This document shows, piece by piece, positions 27,706-36,319 of a DNA stretch of 64,000 nt (within the stretch, counting starts at the first letter, position 1; every line of letters starts with the position of its first letter). The stretch comes from Kiritimatiellia bacterium (GTDB lineage Bacteria; Verrucomicrobiota; Kiritimatiellia; SLOV01). The notes beneath the pieces are model-generated. The model did not search any database. It saw only the letters and a program-made list of their open reading frames with translations, and was not told the origin of the DNA. The stretch covers positions 14,188 through 78,187 of the forward strand of contig CAUZEO010000001.1 of assembly GCA_963578625.1 (NCBI GenBank), read 5' to 3'. The position numbers were made by a program, and so were the translations under genes.

Positions 27706-30700
27706 ATGAAGAAGGTCCGGTTTCTAATGCGCAGCGGGCAAATTGCTGCCTTGTGCGGCTTCCTTGCATCATCACCCCCCGGTTTTGCGCAAACGCCGGC
27801 GACCCTACTGGAGACCACACCCGGCACCTGGGTCGCAGCGGCAGACATGGGCTGGTACAACCGGCATGATTTTGCAGACGCTGTGCTGCAGCACTCTTCG
27901 GTTCACCTGAAAAAGCGGCTGGACCTGTCGTCCATGGACGAAACGGCCTGGGACGGAATCCGCGCGGCTGAAATCAGCGTCTTCGTGATGTCGGAGGGAG
28001 AGGCGGAAGATGAGAATTTCGAGATCGTCCTGAACGGTCATGTCTACACGTTCCCGGCCCGGGGTTGGGTCCACGAAGGGCAGGGTTGGTTCCAGGATTA
28101 CGAAGCCAGGCGCTGGTTTGATTTTCCCATCGAAATGAAACACCTGGCCCGGGGCGTCAACGAGATCGAGATTCGAATGGCGGAGGGCAAGGAAACTGCT
28201 CAGAACCGAATCAAGATCGGCATCGATATCTTCGAGGATCTCGGCAACAGCAGTGCATCGTTCGACGGTGGAAAGACCTGGCAGCAGGGGCCGCTGAACC
28301 AGGTTCTGAAACGGGTAGGCTACCCGCACTATGGCCACCGCGGCGAGTTGATGGTGCGGTTGAACCTGTACGAAGACGCCGGCGACCTCGGCGAGCGCCC
28401 TCCGTTCAGTCATGACGACCTGCCGGCGCTGCCGCCGATCGACCTGAACCCCCCGGTGAAACCGTTGGCCGTCCCCGATGCACAACCCGCCACCTACACG
28501 CCCGGCGAGCAGGAAGACGTTTTGGAGAACGGCTGGATGCGTCTGCACATCGGTCATGCCGGCGGCCTGTCACTGAGTCGTTTCGTTCACAAGCCGATGG
28601 ACGCCGACATCCTCACCCGGACGGAGAACCCATTGTTCGCGCTGGATATCGACGGCCGACTCGTCTCCAGCCGGGACCTGTCCGTGTTGAAACGGACGCA
28701 GGAGTCTGCCTCACCCGGCGAATGCAAGGTGAGGATCGGGATGCGCGACGAGCCAAGCGGTCTATCCGTCGAGCTTTCCCTTCGTTTGGGCACGGACCGG
28801 GAGTTGAGAGCCGGACTCTATCTCAAGAACGAGAGCGAAGAGACCCGCCTCGTGAAGGCCGCGTTTCCCCTGTTGTCGGGTATTGGATGGAGCGAGGGAT
28901 TCGCTGACGACTACTACATGTTTCCCTACGCCTCGGGCGCGATCGCAAATCATCCCGCGAAGTTTTTGTCTCCTTATGGCGGCGGCACAGGCTCGGGCGG
29001 AAGCTGGATGCAGCCCATGGCGTCGTATTCGCCCTCGGCCGGCGGCGGCGTCTACCTCTTCCCCCGGGACCCGAGCGGCGGCTACAAGGTGCTTCATCTC
29101 ACGCGCACCGACGCAAGCGGCGCCGACCCAGCCTTCGCCTTCCAGGGTCTCGTCTTCAACATGCTCAACGGGCAGGCCACGGCCGGCTACGCGCTCCTCG
29201 AGCCGTTGCCGGACATTCCGGGAACCGGTATGGCGGTCAGCTACATGCAGCGGGAACTGGAACCCGGCGACCATTGGATTCTCCCCACGACTGCGATCGG
29301 CGTCATGAACGGAGGCTGGCAGGCCGCCATGGACGCGTACCGACGCTGGTTCGAAAGCTGGTGCCACAAGCGGCCGTGGCCGGGAAAGCTGTCGGACCGG
29401 TTCGCGATGAGCGGCGACAGCTTTGCCCACCTGTACCGCGACAAGGCGGGGTATCACACAGAACTCCATCGCTGGGGAGATCTAAACCCGCTGGATATTC
29501 CCGGGTACTTCGAAAACACCCCTGATCTGATCGATCTTACGTCGTGGTGGGAATGGGATCACGTGACCGACGAGTACATGGAGGAGATGCGCGAGATCGC
29601 GCGCGGGGCAGGCATGGAATTCAAGCTCTGGCCGGGCCGGCATGGCGAAACCGAAGGCAGGCACTACAACTGGGGAAACCAGGGCGCCTACGGGCTGCAA
29701 GGCTATAACGAGCGCTGGGGTGGGCTGGCGGCATTCCGTCAATGGATTTCCGACATGAAGGCCCGGGATCTCGGCGTGGTGCTGTACATCAACGAGGGCG
29801 AAGCATGCCTGTCGAGCGAGATCGGCCGGAAACACGGCGCCGACTGGAGCATCATGTGGCCCGAAGGCAACTACTTCTGGCCCTTCATGATGTGGGAGAT
29901 GTGCGTCGACAATCCGCTCTGGCGCCGGCACCTCGCCGAGACCTGCAGCCGCATCGTGGCGGAAACGGGGAGCGACGGCCTGTTCATCGATGAGTTCGGC
30001 GGCGCAGCGCGTATCTGTCACAACCCGGGGCATGAACACACGTTTGCGGAACGTCCCGGCGACTATGTTACGTTTCAGGGTCAGGCGGAGGCATGCCGCC
30101 AGATCCGGCAGGCCGTGGACCGGGTCGACCCCGACGCGGTGCTTCTAACCGAATCCACCGGCATTGACGTCATGTGGCAATACCTGGATGGGTGCGGGAA
30201 CTACGACCTGTCGGCCAGTCCGCTCACCGGCCACCGGGCCGGGAACTGGGACGGGTTCGCGGGACTCAACATCGCGCGCTTCTACTTCCCCCGCCAAAAG
30301 CACTACGACTACGAATATGCGACGCGGCACCCGGAGTGGCGATTCTTCAATGCCACCGGCGCCTTCAACCGGGAGTTTGGCTACAAGAACCATGAAACCC
30401 AGATTTTGAGAGAGAATGCAGACGCCATCAGCACGCTGGAGCCGCGGCCGATGATTCCCACCCTTCTGCGGAGGGTCTACGTCAATGAGTTCCCCGCAAA
30501 GGACAAGACCATCTACATGGTCTACAACGCGCGCAGGGAACCCGTGGACGGTGATCTGATGAAGATCAAACACATGGACGGCTTTCACATGGTGGACCTG
30601 CTGCGATGCGGCAACGTAGAGATCAAAATCAACGGGTCCGGAGCCGTCATTCCCATCGATCTGCCCGCGCGCTCGGTCACCTGCCTGGCGTATCTGCCGG

Positions 30701-30948
30701 AATTCGCGAGCACCAGGAGAACCCGGAATGGCCTCCAGGTGCATGTTGCGGAAAGCTCAAGCGCGACGAAAGGCCGGATCGTCAATGATCGCGGCACGGC
30801 GCTCGCGGAAATTGAATTAACGCAGGGGCGGGCAAACGTTGAAACCGGAAAGGGCGCGGCATGGGACCGGGATTGGCTGGTGAAGGTGTACGAAGGGGAT
30901 CGCCTGGTGGATGCTCTCGCGCCGATCGATGACCCAATCGGAAAGTAA
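27706..30948 (+). CDS. Uncharacterised large secreted protein, family B copy B1 (putative TIM-barrel glycoside-hydrolase-like)
   Basis: 1080 aa with a signal peptide. Strongly conserved core with B2, B3 and B4: YGLQGYNERWGGL.AFR, LY.NEGEA.LSS, MWEMCVDNP.WR, DG..IDEFGGA.RIC.NPGHEHTF, NYDL, FYFPR.K..DY, FNATGA.N.E, PMIPTL, VYVNEFP. Confidence 0.85.
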   Translation: MKKVRFLMRSGQIAALCGFLASSPPGFAQTPATLLETTPGTWVAAADMGWYNRHDFADAVLQHSSVHLKKRLDLSSMDETAWDGIRAAEISVFVMSEGEAEDENFEIVLNGHVYTFPARGWVHEGQGWFQDYEARRWFDFPIEMKHLARGVNEIEIRMAEGKETAQNRIKIGIDIFEDLGNSSASFDGGKTWQQGPLNQVLKRVGYPHYGHRGELMVRLNLYEDAGDLGERPPFSHDDLPALPPIDLNPPVKPLAVPDAQPATYTPGEQEDVLENGWMRLHIGHAGGLSLSRFVHKPMDADILTRTENPLFALDIDGRLVSSRDLSVLKRTQESASPGECKVRIGMRDEPSGLSVELSLRLGTDRELRAGLYLKNESEETRLVKAAFPLLSGIGWSEGFADDYYMFPYASGAIANHPAKFLSPYGGGTGSGGSWMQPMASYSPSAGGGVYLFPRDPSGGYKVLHLTRTDASGADPAFAFQGLVFNMLNGQATAGYALLEPLPDIPGTGMAVSYMQRELEPGDHWILPTTAIGVMNGGWQAAMDAYRRWFESWCHKRPWPGKLSDRFAMSGDSFAHLYRDKAGYHTELHRWGDLNPLDIPGYFENTPDLIDLTSWWEWDHVTDEYMEEMREIARGAGMEFKLWPGRHGETEGRHYNWGNQGAYGLQGYNERWGGLAAFRQWISDMKARDLGVVLYINEGEACLSSEIGRKHGADWSIMWPEGNYFWPFMMWEMCVDNPLWRRHLAETCSRIVAETGSDGLFIDEFGGAARICHNPGHEHTFAERPGDYVTFQGQAEACRQIRQAVDRVDPDAVLLTESTGIDVMWQYLDGCGNYDLSASPLTGHRAGNWDGFAGLNIARFYFPRQKHYDYEYATRHPEWRFFNATGAFNREFGYKNHETQILRENADAISTLEPRPMIPTLLRRVYVNEFPAKDKTIYMVYNARREPVDGDLMKIKHMDGFHMVDLLRCGNVEIKINGSGAVIPIDLPARSVTCLAYLPEFASTRRTRNGLQVHVAESSSATKGRIVNDRGTALAEIELTQGRANVETGKGAAWDRDWLVKVYEGDRLVDALAPIDDPIGK

Positions 30949-31069
30949 ATTCATGTCCCGCGGCATGGGCTCCGTGGGCCACGGGCAGGATGCCCATGCC
31001 ACGGTTCCTGGGCTCCGCCCCGTCTGTACATCCTTGCCGGTGCCCCTGCGAAAACTCTAGAGTTCATCC

Positions 31070-31984
31070 ATGAGTACTATCTGTGCGTTAACGAGTTTCG
31101 CGAGCACCAGGTTGCTTGCGACGGGAGTGGCCCTTATCATTGTCTTTCAATGCACGACGCGGGCGGCTATGCAAGTCGACTCGAAAATGAAAATCCTACA
31201 AAGTGAATCACCCGACGGCGCGGATCTGGACGTTGTGTTGCCTGGCGCATCGTCGCCCGCATTTCGTATCCTGTTGCCGGAGGAGATCCAATGCACACTT
31301 CTCCCCGAGGACATCAGTCTGAAAATCGGCGGTCTGCACCGGCTGCCCGGCGTGTGGCGCCGGACCGAGCAGAAGACGACCGGCACCATGACAAAACCGG
31401 GCCTCCTCGAGCTGTCGATCGAACTCGAACACGGCGATTCGGGCGTCGGCATTCGCATGGAAGTCAAAAACCTGTCCCCGTGGACGCTTCACCACGTGGA
31501 GGCCGATGTGTGCGCGAATATCAATCATCTGCCGGGCACGCCCGCCTGGTGTAATCGCCGATTCATTCCCGACTCCATTCCGCTGGTGCGGAACGAGCAG
31601 GCGAAATTCTGGTTTGAACAGGTGACACCCGAGGGGCTGAAAGCATTTACGAGCCAAGGTTGGGAAAGCATGCACTTGTTCAAAGACAATCCGGACACGC
31701 GGCGAGTTCCGTCCTATTTCTTCATCGACAATCCGTCGCGGCCGGCCTACGCGTGTGCGGTGCCTTCGCTGGATGGGAAAACGCTTTTCTATCAAGCCTG
31801 GAACACCGGATGCCGCGCCCAGGCCCCGTTTCCCGGCAACGCGTGCATGCACCTGCATCCCCGCATCGCGGACACGATCGAACCGGGCGGGACCGCAAGT
31901 ATCCGGGGCCGCATCGGCCTGTTCGATGGCGGTCTGGACGGCCTGCAGCGCAAGATCATTGCTGAGTTGCGCCCCGAAACTTGA
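31070..31984 (+). CDS. Hypothetical secreted protein
   Basis: 304-aa ORF with a hydrophobic N-terminus and protein-like composition. The antisense ORF is Arg-rich and typical of GC artefacts. Confidence 0.5.
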   Translation: MSTICALTSFASTRLLATGVALIIVFQCTTRAAMQVDSKMKILQSESPDGADLDVVLPGASSPAFRILLPEEIQCTLLPEDISLKIGGLHRLPGVWRRTEQKTTGTMTKPGLLELSIELEHGDSGVGIRMEVKNLSPWTLHHVEADVCANINHLPGTPAWCNRRFIPDSIPLVRNEQAKFWFEQVTPEGLKAFTSQGWESMHLFKDNPDTRRVPSYFFIDNPSRPAYACAVPSLDGKTLFYQAWNTGCRAQAPFPGNACMHLHPRIADTIEPGGTASIRGRIGLFDGGLDGLQRKIIAELRPET

Positions 31985-31991
31985 ATCGTCT

Positions 31992-32040
31992 ATATGTCGA
32001 CTGCGGTCGATTGCAGTCGACCGCAATCGATTGCAATCGA
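31992..32040. repeat. Five tandem 10-bp repeats (yTGCrrTCGA) with nested palindromes directly upstream of the start codon
   Basis: atatgtcga ctgcggtcga ttgcagtcga ccgcaatcga ttgcaatcga. gcaatcgattgc is a perfect 12-bp palindrome. The array ends 2 nt before the ATG at 32043. Confidence 0.7.
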
Positions 32041-32042
32041 AA

Positions 32043-35000
32043 ATGACTATGATCAAGCTTCTCCGCTTCTCAGCCCTTTGCCTCGCTCTGAGTGCCATCG
32101 TCGCCACTGCCCTTGAGCTCGACCCCAATCCACTCGTCTACCACATGGAAGGCCGTCATGGCGGGGGGGCGAACATCGCGCACGGCAAGCCGGTGACATT
32201 CGGGCCCGGCACGGTGTTCGGCGGCGAGGATCCGCTGCAGCTCGTGAGCAATTCTCCTCACGATGCATCCCTTTCCGCGGAGGAGAGTTCGAAGGCGCCC
32301 GTCTCGTTTACCGTGGACCTGGGTCAGCCGGAGGACATCACGGCGATCCGCGCCATGACCCATCACCGCGGCGACGAGGGTACTTGGGCGGGGCTCGGGA
32401 AAATTTTGGTCAGCGAGGACGGCGAGCACTTCGAGGTACTAGCCGACCGTTTGTCCGGCTGCCGGGTCATCAGCACCTCGTGGGACACCACGCTGCAGAA
32501 TCACCGCACCCACACCCCCGGCGGCACAACCGTGATCCACGGGGACCTCGACGGAATCTACTGCTCGAAAGGAGTCCGATACGTTCGCATGGAGTTGCCG
32601 AACTCGAACCTGATCGGGCCCAAGAAGACCATTCGCTTCAAACCATGGCGTTCACTGTTCACCAAGCGATGGGTGGTGAACGGAATCCAGATCCGCAGCG
32701 ATCCCGCCGGCGCCGGGATGGTGATTCCGGGAGAGCGAGGTTCGTTTGCGGCACTCCACCTGGACAATCCCTGGCAATTTCGAATCGGAACCTGGGCCGG
32801 ACCCGAACAGCTCAGCGGTGTTGTCAAGCTCGCGATAGGCGAAGGCGCTTTGCATGTTTTTGCCGACGTAACGCAACGGGGACCGCACCGAAATGGATTC
32901 CGAGACTCGGAAGCGATTTCCGGGGATTGCATCGAACTGTTCCTGAACCTGCAGGACCTGCGCAACGTGTCGCCGATCGACTATAACGCGCAGATCTGCG
33001 AATTGGCGTGGTCCGGCACGGAGACGGAATCCGGGTTCGAATATCACCTGGTGCTGAATCCCGGGAGCGACGACAACCAGCCGCAGATCTGGTTCATGCA
33101 ACGCACCAGCGGGCTGGGCGCGATCGAACGGGAGCGGGTGCGCGGGACCAACGGCGCGGCGGCGGATGGGGGAAGCATCAAGGTCCTCACCAAGGAAGAC
33201 GGTTCCGGTTATGCCCTTGAGGCCACGATCCCGCTGCGGAATTTCGGGCGGGTGTCTTTCACGCCCGGCATGCTTGTCGGGTTGGATGCGGGAATCCGGT
33301 CCACGTCGTCCGGGCAGCTGGCGGCCATGACGTACCAGTGCGGAAATCCTTCACTGGAAGTGGGGCACTGGGCGCGGGCATTTCTGATTGAGCGGGAGGC
33401 GCGTCCGTCGGGCGGTAACCGGGCGATCATCGAGGTCGATGCCGACACGGTGCGCAGCTTCAACGGTCACGACACGATTGTCAGAGAAACTTTTGGCGTA
33501 CAGCCCAACGAGTCGGTGAGCATCCCGATGCGCGACTTGTGGCAGAAGGAAAGCGGTCTGTTTGGGCGCGTCTATTTCCAGTTCGGATATGCGTGGGGCG
33601 GATGGTCGTTCGAGGAATTCATCGGCAAAACCGAGGCCGAAAAGCGGGCGATGATCTACGACCCGGAATTCTGGAAGAACGTGGACATGGACAAGGCGGG
33701 CGCACCGTGGGCCCAGATCCGCCACCTGGCCGAGGCACAGCCGGACAATTTGTTCATGCTTCTCGCCTGCCGCGTGTTTCAGCTCGAGGCCGAGCCGGTT
33801 TTCGGGTCGCGACCGCCCGCGCTGACACCCGAGCAGTTGGCGCTTCTCGAACGTACCGGGCAGCAGCGATCGCTTGATTCCTTGCTGGAGCGAGTCGGCG
33901 AAGAGGACGAGGCGCCGCTGCTCAACAAGGACCGGGACCTGTTCGCCGAGTTCGTGGTGAACGTCATCGCCAAGGTGAAGGAGCTGATGCCCGATACGCG
34001 GATTTCCGTGACACTGGCCAACGAGACGAACGGAATTCACAACCATGCGTCAAAGAGGATCCTGGACGATTTCTGGAACTCCCTGGAGAAGCACGGCGAC
34101 TACCGCGCGGGTCCCGTTGCCGCGGAGGAGTGGCTGAGTCTCTACAATCCGCTCTACCGAAAGATCAAGGAACGTCATCCCGATGTGCAGGTAGGCGGTC
34201 CGGACGTGATCGGCATTCATTTCACCTGGGAGGAAGCGGGGCGGCGGAGTTGGTTCGATTACGTCATGCCGGTGCTGGACGGGGCCGAGGGCATGGATTT
34301 CTTCGATTTCCACTACGCTCTGAATCCGGAGGTGACCCAGATTTTCCTGGAACTGGCGGACCAGTACATGCAACAGAATCGCGGCTGGTCCGTGCGATCG
34401 GTGGACAGCGAGTCGGGATCGCTGACCTGGCACAAGGGAAGCGCATCGGTCACCCAGTACATGAACGCACTCAAGAATCAGCAGGAGTGGTTCGGGTATC
34501 TGCGGAACCCAGACTTGACCTTTGGCTGGGCGCCCATCGATATGCCCTCGTACTACGACGGCTTCGGGCAGGCCAAGATTCCGGCGTTGGGGCGGGACAT
34601 GTTCATGACGCTGCGGGGCCGGTATATCGACGTGCAAACGGACTCGCCGGACATTGAAACAGTCGCGTCCATGGACGGGGAGACGGTGATTTGCGTGGCG
34701 CTGAACAATCGGGGAAAACATCGCGACGTGGAGTTTCGCATTCGCTCTCCGCGTAATACGGGATTCGAAAGCGTGCAGGCCCGGATAACCTGGTTCGATC
34801 CCCGGGCGGAAGAGGCACGGTGCGCGGCTTTCGAACCGAAAATGGTGAGCGAAGCGGAAGGGTTGGCCGTGCGATTGACTCTTCCCCCGTTCGGCACCTG
34901 CGCCCTGGACGCTGTGCTGAAGGAGACCGGCCGCGCCGGCAGCGTGAATCGGGTACGGCGGCACATCGCGGATCGTGTGACGAAGATGGTAGAGCCCGGT

Positions 35001-36245
35001 GAAACCGAAACGTTTCACATAGAAGTTCCCGCCGAAGACCTGCTCGGCAACAAGCGGTACCTGCTGCGTGTCGGATACGAAGGCACGTACTACCAGGACA
35101 ACTATGGATATGTCGGCGTCAGGCCGGCGGAGGCCCAGGTCGACGTCAACGGCGTGACCTCCTTTGCGCTACCCCCGTACCGGAAATCCAACGGCTTCGG
35201 CCGGTGCCACTCCATCGAACTGGAACTAGACCGTTCCGTGCTTAGGGAACAGAACGAGCTTACTTTCTCCGCGGCGGACAACGGCCACCCGTTCATGGCG
35301 GTGGTCGCGTCTATCATTGTTCAAGACCGCACTCCATCACTTGGGTCCGGCGATCTCAAAACCGTATCGTTCGACGTTTCGTCGCCCTCCTGCACGATCA
35401 CTCGAGAGCCGAGCTTGACCTTACCGGACTGGTATGCGCCGAAAGGCACTGCACCCGAAGAGCTGCCGGACCCGGTCGCGCATTGGAGCTTCGACCGCCG
35501 GGAGGGCGAACGGATGCCGGACGACTCTGGAAACGGCCACGACGGGAAACTCCTGAACGATGCGAGGCTGGCCGCGGGTATCAAGGGCACGGCCCTGAAA
35601 CTGGGTGGCGGCGCGGCCATGGTCGTCGAGTCCCCGACCCTGTTTCAGACGAAGCAGGACGGCGATTTCGCCGTCTCGTTGTGGTTCAAGCTGCACGGAC
35701 CTGAATCCAGCGGGGTGATCCTGATGAAATCGACACTGCAGGAGAAACCGGTGGTCGCGCCATGGGGCACTCGCTATGCGAACGCGCCGGGCGTAACCCA
35801 GTCGGTCCGGCTCGCGGTGCAGTACTCCGGGGGTGAATGGGGCACGGACTATCCGGTACCGTCCATCGCATTCAACTATAGCTCTCCCATCTTCGTCATG
35901 AACAGCCAGGCACGGACGGGACGGGACCTGGCCGATGGGGAATGGCATCACCTGGTCGCGGTGAAGGACGGAACGCAACACATCGCCCTGGTGTATCTCG
36001 ACGGCGAATACGCCGGCAGCGGACCCGGCTGGATCGGCGCGGATCTCGATTTTACCGATCCGCTTTTCTTCGGTGTCAGCACCATCAAGAAGCAGGCATC
36101 CGGTGCTTCATATTCCTCCACCGATTCATTCGATGGCTTGATTGACGAAGCGGCGATCTATGACGAGCTGTTGACGCCGGAGAAGGTGGCGCGGTTGTTC
36201 GAAACGCATTGCTTGTCCAGATTGTCGGTGGAAGCGAGTCAATGA
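32043..36245 (+). CDS. Giant multidomain secreted protein (discoidin-like N-domain, central glycosidase-like region, C-terminal LamG-like domain)
   Basis: The ORF opens at 31755, but the start is taken at 32043 (MTMIKLLRFSALCLALSAIVATA), which gives a signal peptide and avoids overlap with the upstream gene. About 1400 aa. The C-terminal region (…LWFKLHG…GEWHHLVAVKDGTQHIALVYLDGEYAGSG) is LamG-like. Confidence 0.8.
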   Translation: MTMIKLLRFSALCLALSAIVATALELDPNPLVYHMEGRHGGGANIAHGKPVTFGPGTVFGGEDPLQLVSNSPHDASLSAEESSKAPVSFTVDLGQPEDITAIRAMTHHRGDEGTWAGLGKILVSEDGEHFEVLADRLSGCRVISTSWDTTLQNHRTHTPGGTTVIHGDLDGIYCSKGVRYVRMELPNSNLIGPKKTIRFKPWRSLFTKRWVVNGIQIRSDPAGAGMVIPGERGSFAALHLDNPWQFRIGTWAGPEQLSGVVKLAIGEGALHVFADVTQRGPHRNGFRDSEAISGDCIELFLNLQDLRNVSPIDYNAQICELAWSGTETESGFEYHLVLNPGSDDNQPQIWFMQRTSGLGAIERERVRGTNGAAADGGSIKVLTKEDGSGYALEATIPLRNFGRVSFTPGMLVGLDAGIRSTSSGQLAAMTYQCGNPSLEVGHWARAFLIEREARPSGGNRAIIEVDADTVRSFNGHDTIVRETFGVQPNESVSIPMRDLWQKESGLFGRVYFQFGYAWGGWSFEEFIGKTEAEKRAMIYDPEFWKNVDMDKAGAPWAQIRHLAEAQPDNLFMLLACRVFQLEAEPVFGSRPPALTPEQLALLERTGQQRSLDSLLERVGEEDEAPLLNKDRDLFAEFVVNVIAKVKELMPDTRISVTLANETNGIHNHASKRILDDFWNSLEKHGDYRAGPVAAEEWLSLYNPLYRKIKERHPDVQVGGPDVIGIHFTWEEAGRRSWFDYVMPVLDGAEGMDFFDFHYALNPEVTQIFLELADQYMQQNRGWSVRSVDSESGSLTWHKGSASVTQYMNALKNQQEWFGYLRNPDLTFGWAPIDMPSYYDGFGQAKIPALGRDMFMTLRGRYIDVQTDSPDIETVASMDGETVICVALNNRGKHRDVEFRIRSPRNTGFESVQARITWFDPRAEEARCAAFEPKMVSEAEGLAVRLTLPPFGTCALDAVLKETGRAGSVNRVRRHIADRVTKMVEPGETETFHIEVPAEDLLGNKRYLLRVGYEGTYYQDNYGYVGVRPAEAQVDVNGVTSFALPPYRKSNGFGRCHSIELELDRSVLREQNELTFSAADNGHPFMAVVASIIVQDRTPSLGSGDLKTVSFDVSSPSCTITREPSLTLPDWYAPKGTAPEELPDPVAHWSFDRREGERMPDDSGNGHDGKLLNDARLAAGIKGTALKLGGGAAMVVESPTLFQTKQDGDFAVSLWFKLHGPESSGVILMKSTLQEKPVVAPWGTRYANAPGVTQSVRLAVQYSGGEWGTDYPVPSIAFNYSSPIFVMNSQARTGRDLADGEWHHLVAVKDGTQHIALVYLDGEYAGSGPGWIGADLDFTDPLFFGVSTIKKQASGASYSSTDSFDGLIDEAAIYDELLTPEKVARLFETHCLSRLSVEASQ

Positions 36246-36291
36246 CGTGTTAAGCGGGTTAAGGAAGAGGTTTTCGATATCGTTTCAGACC

Positions 36292-36314
36292 AATGACGCG
36301 GAGTCGCGTTCATT
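36292..36314. terminator. Hairpin between convergent genes (weak bidirectional terminator)
   Basis: aatgacgcg-gagt-cgcgttcatt, 5 nt after the A3 stop and 47 nt after the giant-gene stop. No U-run follows. Confidence 0.35.
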
Positions 36315-36319
36315 AACAA

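Noticed and set aside
31208-32128. 306-aa minus-strand ORF competing with 31070..31984
   Set aside because: It has extreme Arg content (RRR/RGR runs) and no motifs. The plus-strand ORF has balanced composition and a hydrophobic N-terminus.
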